From an uncultured Pseudomonadota bacterium (GTDB lineage: Bacteria > Pseudomonadota > Alphaproteobacteria > Rs-D84), in assembly GCA_949283535.1 (NCBI GenBank), contig CASDTC010000007.1:18746-82745 (forward strand): a DNA stretch of 64,000 bases, in the 5' to 3' direction. Each line of letters starts with the position of its first letter. Positions within the stretch are counted from its first letter, which is position 1. The notes beneath the pieces were generated by a model, which was not told the DNA's origin, made no database searches, and saw only the letters and a program-made list of their open reading frames with translations. A program made the position numbers and the translations under genes. Positions 10,892 to 19,928 of the stretch are shown here, in pieces.

Positions 10892-10996
10892 CATCACGAT
10901 TTTGCGGGTGGGCGCATAATCAATCCGATTAACCCCACAAGACCTCGCTGTCAGAAATAAAAATTTAGCGATGGCAAGCTTTGTTTAAATTTCTAT

Positions 10997-12685
10997 ATGA
11001 AAGATTTATCCAAAGATTTATTTAATCCCGTATCTGGCGAAGATTTTGTCCAGATGTTTAACAAGGACTATGGCACTCAAGAAACATTGCAAGGATACGC
11101 AACCAAAGGGACTGTCAAAGACATCCGTGGTGATTGCGCAATTGTTGATGTTGGTTTAAAATCTGAGGGTCGCATTCCTTTAAAAGAATTCGGCGCATCC
11201 GTTCCGTCTGTTGGCGATATTATCGATGTTTTTGTCGAACGTTATGAATCCCGTGAAGGAACCGCCGTTCTGTCTTATTCCAAAGCGCGCGCAGAAAAAG
11301 CATGGAAAGAATTGGAAAAGACCGTTGCCGAAGGTATTGATCCCGAAGGTACAATTATTGATGTTGTCCGCGGCGGATATACCGTTGATATCAATGGCGT
11401 ATTTGCATTTATGCCATCATCCCAGGTGGATCACAAACCTGTCCGCGATGCAAAATCGCTGATTGGATTAAAAGACAAATTCCGTGTACTGAAAATGGAC
11501 GCATTGCGTACAAACGCAATCGTTTCCCGCCGTGCGATTCAAGCAGATGCCATTGCGGCGGCACAACGCGAAGCAATGAAGAACATTTCTTTGGGCGCTG
11601 TTATCGAAGGCACCGTGAAAAACATCACAGATTACGGTGTATTTGTTGACTTGGGCGGAATTGACGGTTTGTTGCATGTAACGGATCTGTCATGGAAACG
11701 GGTAAATCATCCACGCGAACTGGTTCATGTTGGACAAAAAATAAAAGTAAAAGTTATCCAATTCGACCCAGAAACCCATCGTATCTCATTGGGCGCGAAA
11801 CAACTGGAAGAAGACCCATGGGAAAATGCATCACGGGCATTCAATGTCGGCGACACAGTATCTGGCAAGGTTTCATCCCTGACCGATTACGGCGCATTTA
11901 TCGATTTGGGCAACAATATCGAAGGTTTGGTACACATGTCCGAATTATCATGGACCAACAAAAACATCCACCCCAGCAAAGTTTTACAGGTTGGTCAGGA
12001 TGTAAATGTTGTTGTTCTGGGCATCGACCAAGACAAACGCCGTATTTCATTGGGGTACAAGCAATTGCAACCAAATCCATGGAAACAATTTGCCGAAACG
12101 CATAATGTTGGCGATGTTATTACCGGTCCTATCAAGAACACAACTGAATTCGGTTTATTTGTTGCATTGACACCTGAACTGGACGGCATGGTTCATATTT
12201 CCGACCTGTCATGGAACAAACTGGACGAAGAAGAATTGAAAAAATTCGTCCGTGGTCAAGAAGTAACAGCGAAAATCTTGGACATCAATCCAGAAAAAGA
12301 ACGCATTACATTAGGCATTAAACAATTGACCGAAGGTGCGGACAACAACAGTGCATCTTTAAAGAAAGGCGCCGTTGTTTCTGGTACAGTATCTGAAATA
12401 ACACCAGACGAATTGATTTTGGCATTGCCAAACGATATCAAGGGTGTTATTCGCCGTACAGACCTGTCGCGCGAAAAATCAGAACAAGATACCAGCAAAT
12501 TTAACATTGGTGACACAGTAGAGGCATCTGTTGTTTCTGTTGACAACAATGTTGTAAAACTGTCTATCCGTGCGTTACAAGTAACACTGGAAAAACAGGC
12601 AGTCAAAGAATATGCGAACCAGGCAGACAGCGGTTCTGTATTGGGCGACATTCTGGGTGCTGCAATTGAAAACAGCAAAAAATAA
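10997..12685 (+). CDS. rpsA: 30S ribosomal protein S1
   Basis: 562 aa with six S1 (OB-fold) repeats carrying the recurring G.V..I...G.FV.L motif. Confidence 0.95.
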   Translation: MKDLSKDLFNPVSGEDFVQMFNKDYGTQETLQGYATKGTVKDIRGDCAIVDVGLKSEGRIPLKEFGASVPSVGDIIDVFVERYESREGTAVLSYSKARAEKAWKELEKTVAEGIDPEGTIIDVVRGGYTVDINGVFAFMPSSQVDHKPVRDAKSLIGLKDKFRVLKMDALRTNAIVSRRAIQADAIAAAQREAMKNISLGAVIEGTVKNITDYGVFVDLGGIDGLLHVTDLSWKRVNHPRELVHVGQKIKVKVIQFDPETHRISLGAKQLEEDPWENASRAFNVGDTVSGKVSSLTDYGAFIDLGNNIEGLVHMSELSWTNKNIHPSKVLQVGQDVNVVVLGIDQDKRRISLGYKQLQPNPWKQFAETHNVGDVITGPIKNTTEFGLFVALTPELDGMVHISDLSWNKLDEEELKKFVRGQEVTAKILDINPEKERITLGIKQLTEGADNNSASLKKGAVVSGTVSEITPDELILALPNDIKGVIRRTDLSREKSEQDTSKFNIGDTVEASVVSVDNNVVKLSIRALQVTLEKQAVKEYANQADSGSVLGDILGAAIENSKK

Positions 12686-12710
12686 AAAAAATATAATTTG
12701 CTGTATTTAT

Positions 12711-12741
12711 AAAACCCGACACTTGTCGGGTTTTGTTTTTT
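12711..12741 (+). terminator. Rho-independent terminator after rpsA
   Basis: AAAACCCGACA-CT-TGTCGGGTTTTGTTTTTT. Confidence 0.85.
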
Positions 12742-12757
12742 ATGATAAAATTACAGC

Positions 12758-13312
12758 ATGGTAAAATTAATTGTCTTAATGGGTGGTCAAGGTGTGGGCA
12801 AAGGAACATTTGCCCGCATATTATGCGAACAACATGATTATAAATATATTGAAACGGGCGCAATGTTACGCCGTGCCGCTGCGACCAATCATAATATTGC
12901 AGAAATATTAAACCACGGTGAATTATTACCAAATGATATATTACTGAATCTGATGACAGAACAAATATCTGGCACACACGACATTATATTGGATGGATTC
13001 CCGCGCACACTGGACCAGGCAAAATGGCTGGTTCAAAATTACGCAGACAAATTTAATATACATGTGCTGTACCTGGATGTCCCCGAAGAAATCATGATTG
13101 CCCGCATTCAAAAACGCATTCGCGAAGGTGGGGGCCGTGCCGATGACGCCGATAGCGCCGCGATTCGCAAACGCCTGGATATATTCTGGAACACAACAAT
13201 GCCGGCGATAAAATGGCTGGAAACTGTCCCTGGGGTAAAGTTTTCTGATGTTGATGTCACGGGGGATGTGAACGATAACTTTAAAAACATACTGACGGCA
13301 CTGGGGGAATAA
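12758..13312 (+). CDS. adk: adenylate kinase (short, lid-less type)
   Basis: P-loop GGQGVGKGT, NMP-binding region, DGFPRTLDQA motif; 184 aa. Confidence 0.85.
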   Translation: MVKLIVLMGGQGVGKGTFARILCEQHDYKYIETGAMLRRAAATNHNIAEILNHGELLPNDILLNLMTEQISGTHDIILDGFPRTLDQAKWLVQNYADKFNIHVLYLDVPEEIMIARIQKRIREGGGRADDADSAAIRKRLDIFWNTTMPAIKWLETVPGVKFSDVDVTGDVNDNFKNILTALGE

Positions 13313-13340
13313 AAAAATCGCCACACACGGCGATTTTTTT
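13311..13340. terminator. bidirectional hairpin terminator shared by adk and corA
   Basis: AAAAAAATCGCC-ACACAC-GGCGATTTTTTTT between convergent genes. Confidence 0.8.
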
Positions 13341-14224
13341 TATACGACACGCCGGCGAATAAAACTGAACAACGCGAACCCCACCAACAAAATCATTATC
13401 AGCACAAAAATCGCCGTGGCGGTTTGATCGTTATCTGCGAACGGCAACTTTGTATTCATGCCGTAATATCCGACAATAACCGTTGGCACAACCAAAATAA
13501 TATTCCACATGGTCAAACGATTAATGTATGTATTGGAATCCATGTTAATAATACTTTCGAATGTTTCTTTGATTGATTTCAGCATTTTACTGTACGATGT
13601 AACGACTTCTATTCCCTGGGACAGTTCAATGCGCGCATCTTCGGTTAACTCTTGCGCTTCTTCGGTTTTAACAAAACCGCGCACCTTTTCCAATTTATCC
13701 AGCACAGCGACATTACCTTTCAGTCCCGCCATATACAATGTATAACTATTTTCAACTTCTAATAATGCCATCAATTCTTTTTTACGAACGCGTTCTTGCA
13801 AAACCTTTTTTGACGCCAGCACGCGTTTATTTAATTCTTTCAACGACCGCAAATAAGATTCAGCAATATAGTAAATTATATTTAACACGAATTCTTCACG
13901 CGACAACTTCTCGTCAGGCCGTATCTTATCCAACAAGTCACAGCGTTTACGACACACCGTAATAACCCGATTCGATGAATAAATAATCGACAGTGGTTCC
14001 GTATGCCACAGCGTATCTGTTTCGCGATTAATAATTGGGAAACGAACAATTATAACCTTATAGTCATCTTCAACTTCAAAGCGCGGCTGTTCATCCGGAT
14101 CTAAAATATCAGAAATAGTATCTTCATCTATTTTATATTCTGTTTGCAACCGTTCGAAATCATCATGATCCGGGTTGCCAACATTTATCCATGAAAATCC
14201 CTTTAATTTTTCTGCAACAAACAT
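13340..14224 (-). CDS. corA: CorA-family magnesium/cobalt transporter
   Basis: YGMN signature (VGYYGMNTKLPF) between two C-terminal TM helices. I place the start at the ATG at 14224 (MFVAEKLKGFSW...), because the longer tracked ORF would read through a terminator and tRNA-fragment repeat. Confidence 0.85.
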   Translation of the reverse strand: MFVAEKLKGFSWINVGNPDHDDFERLQTEYKIDEDTISDILDPDEQPRFEVEDDYKVIIVRFPIINRETDTLWHTEPLSIIYSSNRVITVCRKRCDLLDKIRPDEKLSREEFVLNIIYYIAESYLRSLKELNKRVLASKKVLQERVRKKELMALLEVENSYTLYMAGLKGNVAVLDKLEKVRGFVKTEEAQELTEDARIELSQGIEVVTSYSKMLKSIKETFESIINMDSNTYINRLTMWNIILVVPTVIVGYYGMNTKLPFADNDQTATAIFVLIMILLVGFALFSFIRRRVV

Positions 14225-14274
14225 CACCACACCCCATAATTTGCGCATATTGTATGACAATAAATATAAAAAAG

Positions 14275-14516
14275 CAAACGCCACTGCGGGCGTTTCTTTA
14301 TTTTTGGTCGGGGCGACAGGAATCCCTCGCACGGCACAAAGCGTGCCGGCTGTGGGGCATTCCTAACGATTTGACCGCGCGATGCTTGTCAAATCTACTC
14401 ATTGTCGAACCTGGGGCATACTGCGTATGCGATGTTGATTTCCGTGATACCCATACAAAAATAAACAAACGCCACTGCGGGCGTTTCTTTATTTTTTGGT
14501 CGGGGCGACAGGAATC
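14275..14516 (-). repeat. pair of ~50-nt direct repeats (14275-14324 and 14466-14516), each the 3' end of tRNA-Pro plus its terminator, bracketing a ~140-nt structured insert
   Basis: CAAACGCCACTGCGGGCGTTTCTTTATTTTT(T)GGTCGGGGCGACAGGAATC occurs twice on the plus strand and differs only by one T. Confidence 0.9.
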
Positions 14517-14573
14517 GAACCTGCGACCCCTTGCACCCCATGCAAGTACTCTACCAGGCTGAGCTACGCCCCG
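14497..14573 (-). tRNA. tRNA-Pro (anticodon GGG)
   Basis: Minus strand CGGGGCGTAGCTCAGCCTGGTAGAGTACTTGCATGGGGTGCAAGGGGTCGCAGGTTCGATTCCTGTCGCCCCGACCA. Full cloverleaf, loop AU-GGG-GU, encoded CCA. Confidence 0.93.
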
Positions 14574-14692
14574 ACATGAACATATTTATACAATCACCAC
14601 ACATTAAAAGCAAGAATATATTTTATACTTGCGCGAATCGGAAAAATGTTATTAGTATTCGCATATCATAAAAAACAAACAGGGGGACAGCA

Positions 14693-15070
14693 GTGATAGT
14701 AGGCATAGGAATTGATTTGGTCGAATGCGGCCGATTTCTGGATTGGTCCGCATTTAAAAAGCAACGCATTTTTACAAAAAAAGAACTGGAATATGCAGAC
14801 GCCGACAACGCAAATGCTGAAAAACATTTGGCGAATTTCTGGGCTGCACGTGAAGCATGCTTAAAAGCATTGGGGACTGGCTTTGGCGATGATATTGCGT
14901 TTTCTGATGTATCTGTTGTTCATAATGATATGGGCAAACCCGAATTATTATTGGCGGGCGGGGCAAAAGCTGCACTGAAAGAAATCGCTGGTGGCGATGC
15001 AGTTGTTCACCTATCAATAACCGATCAAGACGATTATTCTGCTGCAATTGTTGTAATTGAAAAAATGTAA
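14693..15070 (+). CDS. acpS: holo-[acyl-carrier-protein] synthase
   Basis: GTG start preceded by AGGGGGA. The N-terminus IVGIGIDLVE and the length (125 aa) are typical of AcpS. Confidence 0.88.
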   Translation: MIVGIGIDLVECGRFLDWSAFKKQRIFTKKELEYADADNANAEKHLANFWAAREACLKALGTGFGDDIAFSDVSVVHNDMGKPELLLAGGAKAALKEIAGGDAVVHLSITDQDDYSAAIVVIEKM

Positions 15071-15092
15071 AAAATGCCCAAAACGGGCATTT

Positions 15093-15530
15093 TTATTTAC
15101 ATTGCATTTCAATTTCATCATTAATTTGTTGTTGCATTGCGAATTGGCGCCCCGATCCAATTGCACACGGATCACAATCGCGTCTGATTTGTCCCGGACG
15201 ACATACAAAATTCACATCATTACATACACCACTAGTGTGCACAGTGATTTGTTCATTCACATAATTATTCGCAATATTTATATATTTTTCTGGAACAGAA
15301 TCAATATTATATACCCACAATTGCGAAATGGCATTGTTTACCTGTTGAACGCACGGATCCGTATTTGTTATACGAATAACATTATCAACAGATTGCCCAC
15401 TATTATTGTTCTTGTCGGCTTTACCCGCTGTAAAAATCCATATAATTATACCAATACACAACAGCGCAACTAAAAACATCAAAATATATTGTGCAATTTT
15501 AAATGATGTTGTTTGTGTCGACATTTCCAT
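15093..15530 (-). CDS. bitopic hypothetical protein with a periplasmic Cys-containing domain
   Basis: 145 aa with one N-terminal TM helix (YILMFLVALLCIGIIIWIF). Seven Cys residues lie after the TM helix, five of them in the C-terminal 45 aa. Co-oriented downstream of the 736-aa protein. Confidence 0.55.
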   Translation of the reverse strand: MEMSTQTTSFKIAQYILMFLVALLCIGIIIWIFTAGKADKNNNSGQSVDNVIRITNTDPCVQQVNNAISQLWVYNIDSVPEKYINIANNYVNEQITVHTSGVCNDVNFVCRPGQIRRDCDPCAIGSGRQFAMQQQINDEIEMQCK

Positions 15531-15626
15531 ATCCTTTATATGTAAAGTATTTTATCACGACAATGTTAAATATCTTATAAAACTTTATTCCTAAAAAAAA
15601 CACCCATTAAAAAATGGGCGTTCAAT

Positions 15627-17837
15627 TTAAAACAATGGTGGGAAACAATCACCGCCATTTTCTGGGCAACAGTTAAATCCCATATCACCCATATCAGTAT
15701 ATATTTCACCCGTACAACACCCATTCATATCTGGGGCGGTTCCATCTGGACACATTGGAATATTTTCATCAACCGCAACCGTTTCTGTTACCGATGAATT
15801 TAATGTTTCTGTATCATATTCAGGCGCTGCAACAAACATCTTTTCATTTTGTGAAACATTATACGCTGGTTTGCTGGCTAAAATTTCTTCTTCGCTTTGA
15901 ATTACCGGTGCAGGTTCTGGTTCCACGACAACAGGTTCTGATTCCACCACCGGGGTCGGGGTAACCACTGGCGCTGCATCAACAACAGGTTCTGGTTCAA
16001 CCACAGGCTGTGGTTCTGGCACTGGGGCTGCATCCACGACAACAGGTTCTGGTTCTGCGACCGGTTCTGGTTCTGCAACATCAACCGTATCTGTTGTTGA
16101 TTCAACAGTTTGCACGGTTTCATCAACATTAATTTCTGGAACAAATGGACTGTCTGCATCAGAATCAGCCACCGTTGCGGTTGTATCTGCAACATTTTCA
16201 ACCGGTACTGTTGCCGCCAAATCTGGCGTATTCTTATTCGTATTTTTCTGATACAGCCACAGCGTAAATATTGATAACGCAATTAAAACAACCAGCATGA
16301 CATAATATATCATTGTTGGCTTGCGCGGTGCCGGATTTGTTGGCGCCGGTGTTCCTGTAATTGGCGACACAGGTCTGGTTCCCGACGCCATTGGCGCCGG
16401 ACCAATGTTTTGCATTGGCTTTGCCGCCGCCCCCGCCGTCATTGCAGTGGCACCAACAACATTTGCATTTGCCATGTCTGGTGCAACCGGCGCCGGACGC
16501 ATTGCACCATTTACATTGCCCGGCTGAACATTCATATCATTCTGGGGCATTGGCGCATTCACAGATGTAATCGTGTCCAATACTGGTGCGCTTGACGATT
16601 GCATGGTTGCTTGATCCATTTGTTCAGAAATCGGACGCACATTAATTGGTGTTTCATTCGTACTACTATCTGAATTTTTCGACACTGGCGGCGTAAATGA
16701 CAATGGTGAATTATCCATATTTTCACCGTACGCATCCATATTTTTATTTGTTTCTGACATTGTTGTTGAATTATCTGCTGGACTGGAAACACCAAATTCA
16801 ATTGGTTTAAACGCAATTTCTTCATCCAAAATTTCTGGATCTTTATCAAATAATGGTTTTACATCATTTTCATTTTCTGCCATCGTTTCCGCCTTTGTCT
16901 GTTCTGATAATTCTTTATTAATTGTTATATTTTCATCGTATTCAATGTCATTGTCCAACAATTGCATACCATCATCATATCGAAAATCGTCTGCATTGTC
17001 ATTATCATATTCATCGGCATCATCTGTCTGGACTGGCACAGGCGCATCTGTCCGCACAACCAAATCATTTTGTGCCACCGCCGCCGGTAAATTTATATTT
17101 TTTGTATCTTTATTATTTAATGACACCGATGTTGTATGCGAAACACCAGACGCATTTCGTGGTGCGTGCGCCAAAATATCACGCGCAATTTCTGCATCTT
17201 CATCTGCAGCAACCAAACGCCGCTGTGCGTTATCCAGTCTCTTTTTCGCACGCCGCAATTTTTCATTAATGGCATCAATTTGTGCATCTGTTTTTAAAAT
17301 TTTTGATGCAGATTGCTTTGTTGGTTCGCGTCCAACTTGCTTTTTTTGCTGGCTCAACTTTGATTTCAACTGTTTTAACCGCACGCGCAATTCTGCAATT
17401 GAATCATTCGCACGAATAATTGTATCGCGCGCCTTGGCGGCATTTGATTCCGCCATTGCCAAACGTTCTGCGGTGGCACGATATATTGATTCATCCCGGA
17501 ATTGCATTAATTCTGTCAATTCATTTGTGATATCCGCACCATTTTCGTACGCATGAATTAAATTATCATATTGTGCCAGTCCGCTGTATTCAATATCCAA
17601 CTTTTGATATTTATTATCTTTCTTTGGTCGGACTGTTTCCAAATCAACATTATAATCATTTGCCAGAATATCATCCCACTTTCTGTCCCCCACAGGATTT
17701 ATAACCAACAGCACATTTGGCTTTCTATCATCAACAGTACTATCCAAAACGAATACTAATTTACCATCTGCATCATAATATGCCCGAAACACATTACCGA
17801 CAATATTAAATTCCCGCGATGTTAAAACAGAATTCAT
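15627..17837 (-). CDS. large bitopic hypothetical protein: coiled-coil N-domain, TM helix, Pro/Glu/Val repeats, C-terminal Cys-rich knot
   Basis: The ATG at 17837 has a strong GAGGGGG SD. Single TM helix MIYYVMLVVLIALSIFTLWLY. (E/A)PEPV repeats. The C-terminus is CPDGTAPDMNGCCTGEIYTDMGDMGFNCCPENGGDCFPPLF. Confidence 0.65.
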   Translation of the reverse strand: MNSVLTSREFNIVGNVFRAYYDADGKLVFVLDSTVDDRKPNVLLVINPVGDRKWDDILANDYNVDLETVRPKKDNKYQKLDIEYSGLAQYDNLIHAYENGADITNELTELMQFRDESIYRATAERLAMAESNAAKARDTIIRANDSIAELRVRLKQLKSKLSQQKKQVGREPTKQSASKILKTDAQIDAINEKLRRAKKRLDNAQRRLVAADEDAEIARDILAHAPRNASGVSHTTSVSLNNKDTKNINLPAAVAQNDLVVRTDAPVPVQTDDADEYDNDNADDFRYDDGMQLLDNDIEYDENITINKELSEQTKAETMAENENDVKPLFDKDPEILDEEIAFKPIEFGVSSPADNSTTMSETNKNMDAYGENMDNSPLSFTPPVSKNSDSSTNETPINVRPISEQMDQATMQSSSAPVLDTITSVNAPMPQNDMNVQPGNVNGAMRPAPVAPDMANANVVGATAMTAGAAAKPMQNIGPAPMASGTRPVSPITGTPAPTNPAPRKPTMIYYVMLVVLIALSIFTLWLYQKNTNKNTPDLAATVPVENVADTTATVADSDADSPFVPEINVDETVQTVESTTDTVDVAEPEPVAEPEPVVVDAAPVPEPQPVVEPEPVVDAAPVVTPTPVVESEPVVVEPEPAPVIQSEEEILASKPAYNVSQNEKMFVAAPEYDTETLNSSVTETVAVDENIPMCPDGTAPDMNGCCTGEIYTDMGDMGFNCCPENGGDCFPPLF
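15897..16085 (-). repeat. in-frame imperfect tandem repeats encoding (V/A)EPEPV-type Pro/Glu-rich spacer
   Basis: Reiterated GGTTCTGGTTC(N)ACNACAGG units on the plus strand; peptide AEPEPVAEPEPVVVDAAPVPEPQPVVEPEPVV... Confidence 0.8.
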
Positions 17838-17872
17838 ATTTTCCCCCTCGCTTGACCTCATGCGCCCCACGA

Positions 17873-18418
17873 TTATTTCTTTTTCGGTGGTGTAAATTGA
17901 TATGCCTGCTTGCAGTGTTCATAACAATACGGTTTACCAACAAAAACAGGTGCACCACAAAAATGGAAATTTTCAGAATCGGGATCGCCAATTGGCCAAC
18001 GACACTGATTTGGCTTTAAGTTTGCCATTTCCAACGAATGCTGAATAATGCGTTGATGCATTGCCAATGTTTTATTCAGGTTTTTACCGGCACCACCAAC
18101 AGACTTTTTGCCTGCGACTGCCTTTGGCGCGACAGTTTTTTTATCTGCGTCCTTTACTTTTTTTACACCTTGAACAGTTTTTTTACCCGACACAGACTTG
18201 CCGACAACCTTTTTTCCAGAATTCTTTTTTGCTGCGCCAGATACCTTGTCCACTGTGGCAACACCGCCCGCCTTGGAATTCCACCCCAGGCGATTTAACT
18301 TACCAACAACCGCATTTTTTGACATCCCCAGCCGTTTTCCAATTTCCGATGTTGATAATCCTTTACCCATCAACGACTTTAATTTTTTCAGCATCACGCT
18401 GTCCCAGCCTTTACTCAT
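17873..18418 (-). CDS. gcrA: GcrA cell-cycle regulator
   Basis: N-terminal W..LKKL...GLSTSEIGKRLGMSKNAVVGKLNRLGW, a basic K/A/G-rich linker, and C-terminal CRWPIGDPDSENFHFCGAPVFVGKPYCYEHCKQAY. This is the alphaproteobacteria-specific GcrA signature. Confidence 0.9.
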   Translation of the reverse strand: MSKGWDSVMLKKLKSLMGKGLSTSEIGKRLGMSKNAVVGKLNRLGWNSKAGGVATVDKVSGAAKKNSGKKVVGKSVSGKKTVQGVKKVKDADKKTVAPKAVAGKKSVGGAGKNLNKTLAMHQRIIQHSLEMANLKPNQCRWPIGDPDSENFHFCGAPVFVGKPYCYEHCKQAYQFTPPKKK

Positions 18419-18489
18419 TTCAAAAAATCCTTGTTATATATATCGGTATAATTGTAGCATAGTTTCGAATCGAAAGGCAAGGGGGAATT

Positions 18490-18978
18490 ATGAATATATC
18501 ATTTGATTTATATAATATATTTTTCTGTGTCTTGGGGCTGATTGCGGCATGGTGCGCATGGCGTATATCCGTTGCCGACTGGCGCCGCCGTATAATTCCG
18601 GACGCATATTTGTTCCCCATGTTGCTGATTGGGCTGATAATTGTTGTATTTTTCCCATGGATTACAGGGGTTAGCGATGCAGTAATCGCCGCAGTATGCG
18701 GATACGCCCTGGCGGCAATTATTGGATATTTGTTTGATATTACAAAGACAAAACATCATAAACATTCAGTTGTTGCCCCAATTGGTATGGGCGATATAAA
18801 ACTGATATCAGTTGGCGGGATATGGCTGGGGACATTTGGTCTGGCGCTAGCATTGGTAATTGCATGCGTATCTGGAATGCTGTGGGGATATATCAAACAC
18901 CAAAAATTTATTCCATTGGCACCATTTTTTATTGGCGGTGGAATTTTATCTTTAATTATAAATGCCTTTTTGTTATAA
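18490..18978 (+). CDS. A24-family prepilin (type IV leader) peptidase, CpaA-like
   Basis: Polytopic, 162 aa. The two catalytic-Asp contexts are ADWRRRIIPD and GMGDIKL. Confidence 0.75.
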   Translation: MNISFDLYNIFFCVLGLIAAWCAWRISVADWRRRIIPDAYLFPMLLIGLIIVVFFPWITGVSDAVIAAVCGYALAAIIGYLFDITKTKHHKHSVVAPIGMGDIKLISVGGIWLGTFGLALALVIACVSGMLWGYIKHQKFIPLAPFFIGGGILSLIINAFLL

Positions 18979-19010
18979 TAAATTAATAATAGGGAATAAA
19001 TGGACAGGGA

Positions 19011-19928
19011 ATGAAACAACAAACAGTATTAAAAATTTGCGCAATATTTGGGCTTGCACTGATTACGCCTGCGATGGCGACAACATTTCCGTCTGCGACA
19101 ACGCCTTTTTCACAATATGGCCAGATTCAAAATGTCCAAAACTATTCATCAAATCCGTTTTGGAATCCAAACGCACCATATAACCAGCGACCGCCCGTTC
19201 CAGTATATGTCCAGGGTACAGATGTCGACACATCTGATTGTCAATCAATTGTTTCTGCATTGGTTGCGTCATATTGCGCATCACATGATAATTGCAAAAA
19301 CATTGATGTAAATGACGCCCGTCCAACAATTACGGTCCAATTGGCCAGTTTGCCAAACCATAATTATGTAACCCCATGTGCTGGATATATTGATACAGTA
19401 TTTACAGAATATGTTTCAAAAAATTCCGTATTTATCCCCAGCAGTGTTCCCGTTGCATTTCCCCAGGCACAAAATCCAGGTTCAAACATACAATCTGGCG
19501 GTGCCAAATTTGAAAATCCATACCAGCCACAATTACCAACATGGAATGGCGAACCATGGATGCAAGAAATGATTCAACGCCAGCAAGAATTACAAAACCT
19601 GCAATCTGCAAACGGTGGTAATAATCCCCAACTGGTCAAGGCGGAATTTCCCAAAACCGCCAATGATTTAACATTTATCCAACGCACACAAAACGATGCC
19701 GCGGGATACGCACCATACGCCGGGAAATCTGCATACGAAACATTAAACCTGGACGCGGTGGTCGCCGAACAAAATGAGATTGTAAAACAGCGCCAAAACG
19801 CATATTGCAATAATGCCCAACAAATGTTGGCGATATTAAATGCAGATTTAGCAACATTGGAAAAATGCAAAACTGATAATATTGCATATGAAACATGCCT
19901 GACCAAATTACAGGGGGTATATTATTAA
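19011..19928 (+). CDS. secreted hypothetical protein (first of a four-gene operon)
   Basis: Signal peptide MKQQTVLKICAIFGLALITPAMA; Q/N/P-rich; several Cys. The stop overlaps the next start (TAATG). Confidence 0.6.
   Translation: MKQQTVLKICAIFGLALITPAMATTFPSATTPFSQYGQIQNVQNYSSNPFWNPNAPYNQRPPVPVYVQGTDVDTSDCQSIVSALVASYCASHDNCKNIDVNDARPTITVQLASLPNHNYVTPCAGYIDTVFTEYVSKNSVFIPSSVPVAFPQAQNPGSNIQSGGAKFENPYQPQLPTWNGEPWMQEMIQRQQELQNLQSANGGNNPQLVKAEFPKTANDLTFIQRTQNDAAGYAPYAGKSAYETLNLDAVVAEQNEIVKQRQNAYCNNAQQMLAILNADLATLEKCKTDNIAYETCLTKLQGVYY

Noticed and set aside
14325-14465. The insert next to tRNA-Pro as a (two-piece) tmRNA or other known structured RNA.
   Set aside because: There is no Ala-type G3:U70 acceptor, no tag reading frame ending in ...LAA or ...VAA plus stop, and no SRP or 6S-like conserved motifs that I can recognise. 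It is kept only as an unexplained structured insert.
16945-17556. 203-aa plus-strand ORF. Similar long antisense ORFs occur at 21384-22217, 24535-25005, 29290-29862, 38790-39275, 52478-52957, 58108-58692, 58768-59448, 59214-59732 and 61180-61641.
   Set aside because: All lie entirely antisense to longer ORFs that have clear homology or better coding features. They have Ser/Arg/Cys-rich low-complexity translations typical of shadow ORFs.
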